Shown in pieces: positions 37,531 to 48,800 of a DNA stretch of 64,000 bases (position 1 is its first letter; the number at the start of each line of letters is the position of its first letter). Below the pieces are notes generated by a model. That model was given only the letters and a program-made list of their open reading frames with translations, did no database searches and was not told the DNA's origin. The translations under genes were made by a program, and so were the position numbers. The DNA lies in the NCBI GenBank assembly GCA_000165345.1, contig CM000433.1, forward strand, positions 128,001 to 192,000. Reading direction: 5' to 3'.

Positions 37531-38891
37531 TTTTTAAATATTCAATTTATTTGTGTATTAATACGTTTTTTTGTTTTTTTATTCTGTACTTTACGGTGCA
37601 GGATATTTTAATAAAATCAATTATGCAGAAATAATTTCTGGATTTACCTCTTGTCAGATAAATACTCAGGAATGTAATAATAACAGCAATTCACTCATAC
37701 AACGGTACAATACTCTTTAATCATCACTAATCCATTGAAAATATTCTCCAAAAAACTTCTCCTCACTTTATAAAACTTATTAAAAACTCTTCATCCATAA
37801 ATATGCCCCGCCCAATACCTGCATAAACTACATGTGGCAAGAAAAAAAAAATTAGGAAATATTTGCATAAATATTTGTAAAAGAATCCGATTCCTAATTT
37901 ACTGCTACTAAAAATATTTTTGGGGTATTAATTTAATTATTATTAGAAATATCACACTACAAAAAAAATGATTATAAGACTTCATTTTTCGAGTCTGCAG
38001 ATGCCCCCCTGCACATCCTAATTTGTGTACGAAATCAAAACTCCTACTCTACTCATCTTGAACTAAAAAAGTAAATAGTTTTTCTTTGAATTGGGAAAAG
38101 CAAGAAACATTTTTGGCTGAACCTAAAACCTTTAGCCTAATGCTTTTTGCAAATATTGATAAAAAAAAAAATGCGAAATATTTGTGTGAAATCAATTGTT
38201 TATCATCTCCCTTAATATATCTTTCCATTCATTTATCGTAAAAATCTAAGTAATAAAAGACTAATAGAATTACAAATATTATTTAAATATTTATTCATTA
38301 GCAATGATAAGAAAGCAATACGTACTGAACTGCAATAAGTGTAAGATAAAAGAATAGCCAAAAAAAATATAAACTTTGACAAAAAAAATAATACATTCAA
38401 ATATATCTTGTAAAAGTTTATCAATATTTCGTATTGCTTATCTTTCAAAATGCAGAGACGTCTCCAAAATAAAAATCTGGTCGAATTGCTTGTTACCATG
38501 CTTTTTTTCCTTTTAAAAGCAAATTACATGTAAAATTAGGGATCCCTATTTCAAACCATGTATCATTAACCGCAAGCAATAATGCGATAAACTGCAAAAA
38601 TTCTTACTTCGCATATTTTGCTTGTAAATATTAAATCAACACAGAAAGCCACAATTCTAATACAAAAGTAGAGCTGCTGATCTTATTTTTTTTTGCTAAT
38701 CCGCTCTTACAAAGATTCTTGAAATATGCAAAAAATTGAGTATTTTTGCTCAATGATGAAAATCTTGGTCAGAAAATCATGTAAACAAACCGCTTCTGAC
38801 ATCAAAATTCTGAAACACATCACTACACATTCTACTTTTTCCAACAACTTGCAATCTCTTTTCTTATTCATCTCTCAGAAAACCTATTTTG

Positions 38892-40400
38892 TCAATACAT
38901 ACCTCTTAGCCTTCCATGGGTTGGAACAGCGCCGGGTACCGAATATGGGAGAGCTCCTGAAGGTGCATACCTTCCTTGAGCATATGGTCCAGGGCGTGCC
39001 ATATTTGGAGCATACATATGTGGAGGGGGTATAGCAGGTCTAGGTGGATGAGCTCCAGGTGCGGCAGCCGATGAAGTGCTTGCTGTTGATGTTGCAGGAT
39101 GATGATATGGATGAACATTTGAATCAGATACCCCTTGTTGCTCCGAGAGGTAGTCTTCCTGATTGTCGTAATTTGGAGCGGAACTGGAATTATTATTACT
39201 TACATTACTTGCGTTCAAATTAGATGCATTAGAAGCGCCCGCTGATCCAGCAGTTTGGACCTGGAGATTGCCAGTTTGCTCTGGCGAAACGTCTCCATAA
39301 TGGGAGCCTAAATTTGGAATTACTGGAGGCATAGACACCGATACACTTGCAGATGACTGAGGTCCAGGTGCAGTTGCATGGTGTATAGGAGGAGCAATTT
39401 GGCCGTAGCCCCCAGTGGCATAAATATTTGATGAGTATCCAGAAGCATACCCTGTGTACATATACCTAGGGTCATGCCTGCCGTATCTTCCATAAATTTG
39501 CTGGCTTGGAACACCGCCAGCATGCACAGGTAAGTACGGGTTTCTGTAATAGTCAGCATAATTTGAATTGGCTGTGGTAGATGCTGCAGCAAGTGCAGGG
39601 TTCGTCCTAACTCTAGGATTTCCTAATGAGGGAGCGTGCCCCCCCGAATTAGATTGATTTGAGTTTCCTGCCATAATTTCTCTAGGAAGAGCTTTTTTAC
39701 ACTCAACCCATTTATTATCAATTTGATGATCATAATAATGCCTCATAACCTCCTCCACTGCATCCGGTGATTCATACTCAACAAATCCAAAACCCCTATG
39801 TCTATTAGTATCTCTATCTACCATAACACTAAGATTCTTAATAGTACCGTATTTCCCAAAATGCTCTCTAAGTTTCTCATCAGTACAGCTCTGAGGAAGT
39901 CCTCCAACAAATATCTTGGTTGCACTAAAACCTCCTGAAGAACCTCCTGCGCCCCCAATATGGGATCTTCCAGTTACATTAGAATTGCTATTTGCAGTAT
40001 TACTTCCACTATTTCCACTGATATTTGCATTATTCGCGTTAGTATTGCCCGAATTATTACTAGCCTGATTATTGCTATCTGCAGATTCATCTGCTTCATT
40101 TGCTTGAATTACACCTCTCGGGACTGCTCTCTTACAATCTATCTCTTTTCCATCAACAATCTGAGGAGAAGATAAAACTGCATCAACAGATTCCTCTGAG
40201 GCAAAAGTGATAAAACCAAATCCACGTGATCTGCCTGTAGTCTTCTCTGTTAACACCACTGAGTCCACTATCTCACCATATGGAGAAAAATGAGTCCTCA
40301 ATGAAGCATTTGTTGTGACATCACTTAATCCTCCACAAAATATCTTAGCAGGTACCGTAGGACCTCCACTGCTACCACCCTCTGTTTGAAGTGTCGTCAT
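38892..40400 (-). CDS. hnRNP/Musashi-like RNA-binding protein with two RRMs and a Gly/Tyr/Ala/Pro-rich C-terminal low-complexity domain, 502 aa.
   Basis: RRM1 KIFCGGLSDVTT...RGFGFITFAS. RRM2 KIFVGGLPQSC...RGFGFVEY (RNP1/RNP2 consensus). The locus is locally GC-richer, which produces several spurious overlapping ORFs. Confidence 0.8.
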   Translation of the reverse strand: MTTLQTEGGSSGGPTVPAKIFCGGLSDVTTNASLRTHFSPYGEIVDSVVLTEKTTGRSRGFGFITFASEESVDAVLSSPQIVDGKEIDCKRAVPRGVIQANEADESADSNNQASNNSGNTNANNANISGNSGSNTANSNSNVTGRSHIGGAGGSSGGFSATKIFVGGLPQSCTDEKLREHFGKYGTIKNLSVMVDRDTNRHRGFGFVEYESPDAVEEVMRHYYDHQIDNKWVECKKALPREIMAGNSNQSNSGGHAPSLGNPRVRTNPALAAASTTANSNYADYYRNPYLPVHAGGVPSQQIYGRYGRHDPRYMYTGYASGYSSNIYATGGYGQIAPPIHHATAPGPQSSASVSVSMPPVIPNLGSHYGDVSPEQTGNLQVQTAGSAGASNASNLNASNVSNNNSSSAPNYDNQEDYLSEQQGVSDSNVHPYHHPATSTASTSSAAAPGAHPPRPAIPPPHMYAPNMARPGPYAQGRYAPSGALPYSVPGAVPTHGRLRGMY

Positions 40401-41596
40401 TGTATTAGTAATTAGTTAATATATATATCATAAATATAAAAATATATACATATATATATATATATTTAATTAAATATACACATATATTTATTATACTTAA
40501 ATGTGATTTTTAAGTTATTCAATCAATATCTGTGATTTTTACGATAACGATGCTACTCACTTATACTCTCATTCTAAATTCTCGTTCGAATAATTAACCC
40601 TTCTTTAGAGCTTATGCTAAGTCTCTTCTAACTTATGGGATATCTACTTATACACACACGAAACTACCAAAATCCTTGAAATCTAAAAAATCACAATACT
40701 TTACTTGAACCAAGTTTCATATGTTAATTCCCCTTGTATTTATACTCGTACAAATACAAAAATAAATCTCAATATTTATATATAGCTAGTATATATACTT
40801 ATTTAGCCTTACTCGTACTGACTAATATAAATATTTTTCCGTACAAAAAGAAGAAACTAAACTCCCTCCTGCACTTTATTGCTTCCAACACCTCTGTCGT
40901 GAAGATAATAATTTATTTATTTCACAACTTCATTAATCCAAACTCAACTCTTTCTCGAGAGACCTCTCGTTATTGCGGCAAAGACGACAGTGGATGCGTC
41001 GGGTGCGCCGCCATCTCGTCTTTTATTATTTTATATATAAAATTAATATTAAATATATCTTTTTAATAAACCAAATTTTATTTAATTTTGCTTTCAATAA
41101 CTTTTCACTACGTTTTCTTCACTATTATTCCTTTAAATTTTCACTCCCAATGTTAATTTCAAGTTAATAAATACTTATTAATTGCCAAATAACGTTTGGC
41201 GCCCAAATGTTTGTTAACTTTCATTATTTTTGTCTATACGAAATAAATGGCTCGAATTATAAAAAAACATAATTTCGAAAATGCATGCCAATTTTTGTTA
41301 GTACATGCATTTTTATGTTTTGAATATTTGTCTGCAAAGCACCACATTTAATTCATGTTTTTCCTCCCTAGTACACAAAACACTTTTTGAATTATCTGAA
41401 TAAACTAATAAAAAATACATATATAAATATATCTGTTTTTCCTGTAAATTTTTTAAAGGATGTACAATTTCATTTCATTTCTAGTAGAATTCACAAAAGA
41501 ATGGTTCAGAAAAAGAAGATAAACCTATTGATATCTTCAAAAATTATTGAACTCGAAGCTTATTCAATTAAAATAGTTAATAAAAGTTATACTTCT

Positions 41597-42799
41597 CTAA
41601 ATGGAAGGTAAAAGAATCCAGCAAAGCGGAATCTGGACTAACGATGAAATAATGATTACAATCGTAAGGCCCGACTGTTGAATCATGCTGAATTGATTGC
41701 TAAAGCTTCGTGTAGATATTACTTTGAGCATCATATAAACTAATAAAGAAGATGAAATGGAAAAGTATATAAAAAGTGCCCAAAAGAGATAAGTTTTTAT
41801 TCCACCTGTGGATAAGAGTGCGAAATCACACAGAACAATCGAAGTATACTTGTATCCCAAAGTACTAATTAGGTCCAAAGTTGATAAAACCCTTGCGGCA
41901 AAAATATAAGCGACTAATTGGAAAAGAATTATCTCCGTTATTAATAGCACTATTGAAAATGTCGCAGTTGAACCAAGCATCTGGGGATTGAATTGAGAAA
42001 ACACACCATTAATTACACCGTCTGCCAAAATATATGTTATAAATCCCATCAATGGAATATAAAGATCGGAGAAAAGTGTTGGAAGGTTCACTCCTCCATC
42101 GTTTGCATTAGAGGAAATAGAAGTATGGTTTTCATAAGAAAATGATTTTCTTTTATTTTGAGTAAAAAATGTGATGTAAGGGCAGATAATCAAAAGTATT
42201 TTCTTTATTACATATTCATGGCTTACTGCAAAATGGGACCTTAGTGAAGCAATTGTTTGTGGAAACCAAAGCTGGAGTTGGCTGATCTTCTCAGAATTTA
42301 ATCCAGTTGTCTCTTTAACGGTATTTGACACAATACCCATCACAAGCTGGGATGTATTATTCCCGAAATTAAGCATATTATTGCCAGGGATAGAGCCTCC
42401 GTTATTCACTCCTCCAAATCCACCATTTGATCCATTACTGTTCATTTCTGGAGCATTGTAACTCTGATAGTTATCATTACTAAAGGCAGGGAATTGTTGG
42501 TTGGCATTATTGAATGTATTGAAAGTATTTGAATCCGCATCATTTGTATTTAATGAAAATGCTCCAGATCCAACGTTGAAACTATTATTGGTGTTACTAT
42601 CCCAGTTATAAAAATCCATCTGTTGGCCACTTAGATGTCCATTTTGGCTATAACTCATAGAGGGGTTATTGCTATAATAATTGTTTTCAGGAAAACCAGA
42701 AACATTAGCGCGTGCTCCGAAAGGATTATTTAATGGCTTATCGCCTCCATAGTTGTGCATATGCTCTGATGTATTGTTTACTTTTCTAATTCCGTTCAT
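41597..42799 (-). CDS. YIF1: YIF1 (Yip1-interacting factor; ER-Golgi transport, Yip1-domain family), 400 aa.
   Basis: HEYVIKKILLIICPYITFF resembles AYVAKKLGLLVFPYTH. DLYIPLMGFITYILADGV resembles DLYIPTMAFITYVLLAG. STLGYKYTSIVL resembles LAYSGYKYVGMIL. There are 5 C-terminal TM helices and an Asn/Gly-rich N-terminus. Confidence 0.7.
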   Translation of the reverse strand: MNGIRKVNNTSEHMHNYGGDKPLNNPFGARANVSGFPENNYYSNNPSMSYSQNGHLSGQQMDFYNWDSNTNNSFNVGSGAFSLNTNDADSNTFNTFNNANQQFPAFSNDNYQSYNAPEMNSNGSNGGFGGVNNGGSIPGNNMLNFGNNTSQLVMGIVSNTVKETTGLNSEKISQLQLWFPQTIASLRSHFAVSHEYVIKKILLIICPYITFFTQNKRKSFSYENHTSISSNANDGGVNLPTLFSDLYIPLMGFITYILADGVINGVFSQFNPQMLGSTATFSIVLLITEIILFQLVAYIFAARVLSTLDLISTLGYKYTSIVLCDFALLSTGGIKTYLFWALFIYFSISSSLLVYMMLKVISTRSFSNQFSMIQQSGLTIVIIISSLVQIPLCWILLPSI

Positions 42800-43755
42800 A
42801 TGGATAGTATTATACTTAGAACAATCTATTTATATAAGATCAAACTTAAAAGGACTTGTATGCGTTGTTTTATTGATATAAACTTCCTGTTAGCTTTAAT
42901 TCATATATTTACAGTTATATTAAAATAAACGCCATACTAAAACAATAATATATTAATATACTCGAAATGTAAAATTTAATGTTGCCAAAAATTTTGAGAA
43001 AATAAGAATCTTTTAACAAAGCAGCGGATGTTAAATTTGTGTATTGTATTAGCAAATTACCTAATTGTTGTAATTTGTAAATACAAAAGAAGAAGCTGCT
43101 TTTTTGGAAATTAAAAAAAAAAAAAAAAAAAAAACCTGATTATATTTTAATAGATTATGAACTTTATACTTTCTTTTAATTTTGAATAACTTTATAAATT
43201 AATAATATCAAATTAACGCATAACAACTTTGGAATTTTGAGCTAATGTAAACGTTCACTCATGCAAACCCCCATAAATATATTTATTTATTTTTTTATGG
43301 TCAACTTTCTTGAAAAATATGTAATCTCGGTGATTTTTTTTTCGTTTTGGAATTCACAAATATTTACCACTCACCACATAGAAACTAATTTGAATTTGGG
43401 CGGGCACAAAATATAGAGCAATATTTTTTAGAATTTTTTTGTTTGAAAAGATCTAAGCCTATAAGAAGAGGAAGGAGGGAAAAAATAACAAACTGTTGTA
43501 TGATAACTGCTTAAAATAGAATTGTGAGTTATTTTATATGGAGTTCGGCAATATTTTTTTTAATTCCTCTATTTTTTAAAGCAGTATTAATAATAAAACT
43601 TATTGGCTTATATTTGTATACATCAATTTATACATGATATTCCGAACATTAATAAGATTGATTACGGCATAAATATAGCTATTCTGAAGAAATACAATAA
43701 AAATTTATTTTATTGTCTGATCACATTTTGTCATTTATTTCAAATTATCTTTAAA

Positions 43756-45087
43756 ATGACTTGGAATACAAACTTGTTAGAAAGTAAGCTAAAGGAGGCT
43801 GAAAGAGTGTCATGGAAGCTCTTCAAAACTGGAATATGTAAATGTTGCGATCCTGATAAGCTAATTAAGTCCAAAATTCTGACAGGTGGCTTATCTAATA
43901 TTTTGGTTTTAATTTCAATTTCAATAGATTCGTTTTGTGAAGATATGAAAAGGGTAAATAAGAATATTTTGATTTCAAACCTTAAAGTTAGATTTTATTC
44001 TGAAGAAAGAAAAATCTTTGTAAATGAAAAACGTGAACAATTAATTCAGAATTTACTTGCAAATGCAGGAATCATTAAACCAATACTACAATATTTTCAA
44101 GGAGGGCAAATAGAAGAATTTGTTGAAGGTAGGACTTTAGAAGTAGAGGATCTTAGAAATCGAAAAACATATATTCAGGTTGCAAAAAAAATTGCAAGTT
44201 TACACTCGATAAAAATTTCTCAAGATATTTTGGAAAATATTTGTTTGGAATATAATTCCGAAATTCATCAAAGCTTGGGAGACGTACCGTATTCTGAATC
44301 TAACAAGTCTATATCTATTTTATGGCCCACTCTGGACAAATGGGCATCTCTTTCGGAAAAATCTTTTAAACTAAATCATGGCAAATACCAAACTTGTATT
44401 AATTTTGAAAAATTAAGAATTCTTATCTGTAAATTAAAGAAAAGCCTATATTCTGACACTCTTTCCAAGTTAACTTGCTCAATTGTTGTTTCTCATTCCG
44501 ACTTACTCCCAGGAAATATAATTGAAACCTTGAATAATAATTACACTTTTATTGATTACGAGTTTTCTGGTACAATGGAATGTGTGTTTGATATAGGAAA
44601 TCATTTATGTGAATGGGCAGGATTTACCTGTAATTGGGAATATCTGCCAAATGATGAAACGATTTCTGAATTTTTAAAGTATTATATTGCAGGTCTATCA
44701 AGTAATAAATTTAAAGAAAACAGATTTGAATCTAAGAAAGATGAAGCTGTTAGTAATACTAATTTAGGTATTAAGAAAGACGAATTAGAAAATAATTACC
44801 AATGTATTAATCATGAAAAAAAAGAAGCTTTTGAATTTGAAAATTCTGACTCATCTTTAACCATTAAATCTTACGTAAAAGCTGTAAAAATTTGCATGGT
44901 TATTTCGAATATCTTTTGGGGGCTGTGGGGAATTTGCAAATCTGACATTAGATCAAATAACTCTTCTAACTCAGTTTTTGACTATAGGTCTTATGCATAC
45001 AGAAAACTTGAGTCAATAAATACTCAACCATATTTCCGAGATATATTAAAAGGGATTGATCAAGATATTGAATTCCCTGTATTTTAA
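43756..45087 (+). CDS. Choline/ethanolamine kinase, about 444 aa.
   Basis: Brenner motif HSDLLPGNII. Choline-kinase motif IDYEFSGTMECVFDIGNHLCEW. The N-terminal lobe is collinear (LTGGLSNILV...VRFYSEE). The ORF-track start at 43603 is TTG. The first in-frame ATG is at 43756. Confidence 0.75.
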   Translation: MTWNTNLLESKLKEAERVSWKLFKTGICKCCDPDKLIKSKILTGGLSNILVLISISIDSFCEDMKRVNKNILISNLKVRFYSEERKIFVNEKREQLIQNLLANAGIIKPILQYFQGGQIEEFVEGRTLEVEDLRNRKTYIQVAKKIASLHSIKISQDILENICLEYNSEIHQSLGDVPYSESNKSISILWPTLDKWASLSEKSFKLNHGKYQTCINFEKLRILICKLKKSLYSDTLSKLTCSIVVSHSDLLPGNIIETLNNNYTFIDYEFSGTMECVFDIGNHLCEWAGFTCNWEYLPNDETISEFLKYYIAGLSSNKFKENRFESKKDEAVSNTNLGIKKDELENNYQCINHEKKEAFEFENSDSSLTIKSYVKAVKICMVISNIFWGLWGICKSDIRSNNSSNSVFDYRSYAYRKLESINTQPYFRDILKGIDQDIEFPVF

Positions 45088-45869
45088 TCTTGAAATCAAC
45101 AATAATTTTTTAATAATATTTTGTATTATCTCACCATAATAATTTATTTAATTAACAGTGAATAAATAATTCTAAAAATAAGCTAATATCTTGGATCAAC
45201 TGAATATTAATTCCCTTTTATAGCATTATTTCAAGTTATAAAGCTACTTTATAATTAACAAATTACTTTAAATCACCAAATTTTCAATTTTGTAACAAAA
45301 TTTATACATCAATCATCACAAATTAACAACAGAATCCAAAGTAAAATTAATATCAGCTATGTTAGACTTAATTTGCTCTATAATCTTTGTATTTTTAATG
45401 AACTCTTGTCCATCTTAGGTGTTTTTTAATATATTAAATTATTTTAGGCTGTGATTTCTAAGTGGCCTTAGTATTTATCTGCAAAATAAGATTGTGTTTT
45501 TCATGAATTTTAATTTGTGAATTTTAATATTTGAACAATCCTTTTAATTGACCCAAATGTATTTTCTTGTTATTTCACATGTAATTTATTTTTCCAACTT
45601 GTCTTAGGCAACTCTGGAATTATCAGAAAGAATGCATGGCGCCCGTATTTGCCGCCTTGAACTAGTTATGAATGACCATTTTAATAAGATAGTAAAGTTG
45701 AATTTTAAAAACTGGATTAATTCCGTTTTTTTCTTTATAAAAAAGAAATGGATGGATATCAGGTAGGGTCAAACTAAAAAGGTAAATAGAGATTATTGTA
45801 AAATAGAGAAGAGTTGCCTGTTAATCATTTTATTTGGTAATCAGTTTGGAAGAATAAAAATATCGGAAA

Positions 45870-48800
45870 ATGAATTCAGCACCAATATGCTCTGACATTC
45901 ACAGTGCCTCATTTGACCTTTTGAGAGCATCCGAGGTTAAAAAGCTTTCTGTTTGTCATGTAACCTCAACAACAACTTTTGAGTCTACTGGTGAAAGCAA
46001 AGTTGGTGGTTTGCATGATTTAAGAATGGGGCCATTAAGTAACAGAGATTTCTGTGGAACATGTGGAAGTAGAAATGAATGCCCAGGTCATATAGGCCAC
46101 ATTGAATTGGAGCTTCCCGTATTTCATCCTCTTTTTTTGGGAAACTTGGTCAGAATTTTAAAATGTTGCTGTTGGCACTGTTGTTGCATAAGACTTTCAA
46201 AAAAGGTATGTAATGGTTATGTAAAAAGGTTTGAGTCCATTGGAAAGAATTCAAATGTAGGTTCCAAAGACTTGGAAATTTACAATGTAAATGATGCGCA
46301 ATCAACCGATGGGATTGCGTCTAACAGTTATTCACTGGAAATTTGGGAAGGAATTAAAAGAGAATTTTTAGATAAAGCATCTAAACACTCTTCTTGCAGT
46401 TCTTGTGGAAATGCATTTAAAGGCAGAGTCAAAGAATCTCAGCTTGGAATTGGTATTACTCTTTCTTGGCCTGAAGGCTCTAAACCCCCAGTAAGCCTAG
46501 GAAGTACTTGGAGCTCAAGCTTAAATCAAGAAGATACTAGGAGTGAATATAGTGACTCAGGATCTGAAAGTGGTAAAGAGCCAGATTCGTATAATTCTGG
46601 TGATTCTGACAACCAGGAAGAAGGCTCTATTAGCAGCAGTCAACAGAGTAATGAATCTAAGAAAAGGAAAAAGAATACAGAAACTAAAAATAAAAGTTCA
46701 GCAAAGTTGTTTAAACGTTCTTATTATGATGACTTCTCAATGAATATTCCTCAAGAGGCTAAGTCTCATACTAAACAAGGAAGAGGAATGATTACCCAAC
46801 ATTTTCAGGCTTTTCAAATAGTGCCAATAATTAAAAATATTTGGGAAAATAACAGAAAAATCTTCGAATTTATATTCCCTATATGTAAATCCCTAGGTTG
46901 GGAAGCGTTCTTTATGTTTACAGTTCCTGTTTCTGCAAATAAATTTAGACCTCTTGGAATGGCTATAGGAAGAAATATATCACTATTGCATCCAAGAACT
47001 TCAGGACTTCTCGAAATTCTAACTGCGAATGACAGGCTGAAGTTCTATGTTGATTTACAAAGAAAGGAAAATACTAATGAATCTTCAATTGAAGGAGAGG
47101 ACAGTTCCAAAACTGGAAAGGGGACAAAAACAATTAAAGAAGAAATTGAAGTTAACTCAAACAACTTGATTTCTTACGTATCTTCATTACAAGAAAAGGT
47201 TAACATGTATTTGGATCAGAGCAAAAGCTTCAAACCATCATCAGCCCCTCCAGGTATTAGGCAATGGCTTGAGAAAAAAGCAGGCGTAATCCGTCAGAAA
47301 ATGATGGGAAAAAGAGTTAATTATTCAGCTAGAACTGTTATTGGACCTGATCCATATCTTGATACCAATGAAATAGGAGTCCCCCTTATGTTTGCTTTGA
47401 ACTTAACTATCCCAGAACGTGTTGGTACTCATAATGTCTCATTAATGGCCAACTTGGTTGAAAATGGCCCAAATTTATATCCAGGTGCAAATAAACTTTT
47501 ATTAGGTGGAATTCTTTATGATTTATCAAGATTAGATCAAAATCAGAGAAAAGCAAAGGCCAGATTGCTTTTATCTTCTGTTTTATCAGCTTCAAACCCA
47601 TTTTTGGGAAACCATCATCCAATTGTTTATAGACACTTGATTGATGGAGATATTGTATTAATGAACAGACAGCCTACTCTACATAGACCTAGTATTATGG
47701 CTCACTATATAAGAATACAACCAAAAGATAACATTATGAGGCTAAATTACGTCAATTGTGGTACTTATAACGCAGATTTTGACGGTGATGAAATGAATCT
47801 TCATCTTCCTCAATCCCTTTTTTCTAGATCTGAAGCAAAATATATTATGGATGCTTCCAGGCAATATTCAGTTCCAAAAAGTGGTGAACCACTTAGAGGA
47901 TTAATTCAAGATTCTTGTATTGGAGGTGCATTTTTAACATCTAAATCAACCTTCTTGAATAGGGAAGAATACTTTCACCTTCTATATACATCTTTGTCAT
48001 TTATATTTGACAAGAAATCTTCTGCGCTTTCAACAAGTCCTATGATTTATTCTTCCCAAGGTCAAGTTATATTTGGATCAAATAACAGATTTTCTGAAGT
48101 TAATTCTCCCTTAGGAAAGGTCAAAATTGATGAATGTATTCTGAGAAATCAATCAAACCTAAATAGCAATGTTCAAAATGGTAATTTTGAAATTGAATTC
48201 TCTCTTGATTCATTGGATACTTGTATTGCTCCAAAAAACATACCAAAAAATGATTCATCTTGTAAAACCGATTTTAAAATCCATTCAAATATCCATAACT
48301 CACATATATTTAATAATTTAATCTTAGAGCCACCAACAATTATCAAACCAATCCATTTGTGGACAGGAAAACAAGTATTTACATCTCTCTTGAAAACTTT
48401 ACTATATAACCTTGTCAGCACTGAACCAAGTGTATATGCAGGGATTAATTTAATATCAAAGAGTAGAACTCCTGGTGATTCATGGAACGGAAAAGAAGAT
48501 GGAGAGAAGGAAGAGGCCGTAGTAATTATCAGAAACAGTGAACTTTTACAAGGAGTCATTGATAAGAACCAGATCGGATCCAACTCGTACTGTTTAGTTC
48601 ACTTATGTACAGAGCTTGTTGGTCCTCTAATTGGAGGCAAACTTTTATCTGCTATTTTCAACCTTTCACAGGTTTATCTTCAAATGAGAGGTTTTACTTG
48701 TAGTATTAGCGATATGTTGCTCACTCCCCAAGCAGAATCTGAGCGTATTGAATTAATGAAGAAATATAACCATGCTTCTGTCTTCATACAAGAGGCATTT

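Noticed and set aside
38726-40175. ORFs 38726-39034(+), 38906-39118(-), 39320-39592(-) and 39960-40175(+) overlapping the RRM-protein gene.
   Set aside because: The locus is locally GC-richer, which suppresses stop codons in all frames. Only the minus-strand frame has RRM motifs.
40734-41167. ORFs 40734-41066 and 40973-41167 (+) in the spacer upstream of the RRM gene.
   Set aside because: Low-complexity translation, no start context, overlapping each other. Treated as intergenic. The GC-rich hairpin is reported separately.
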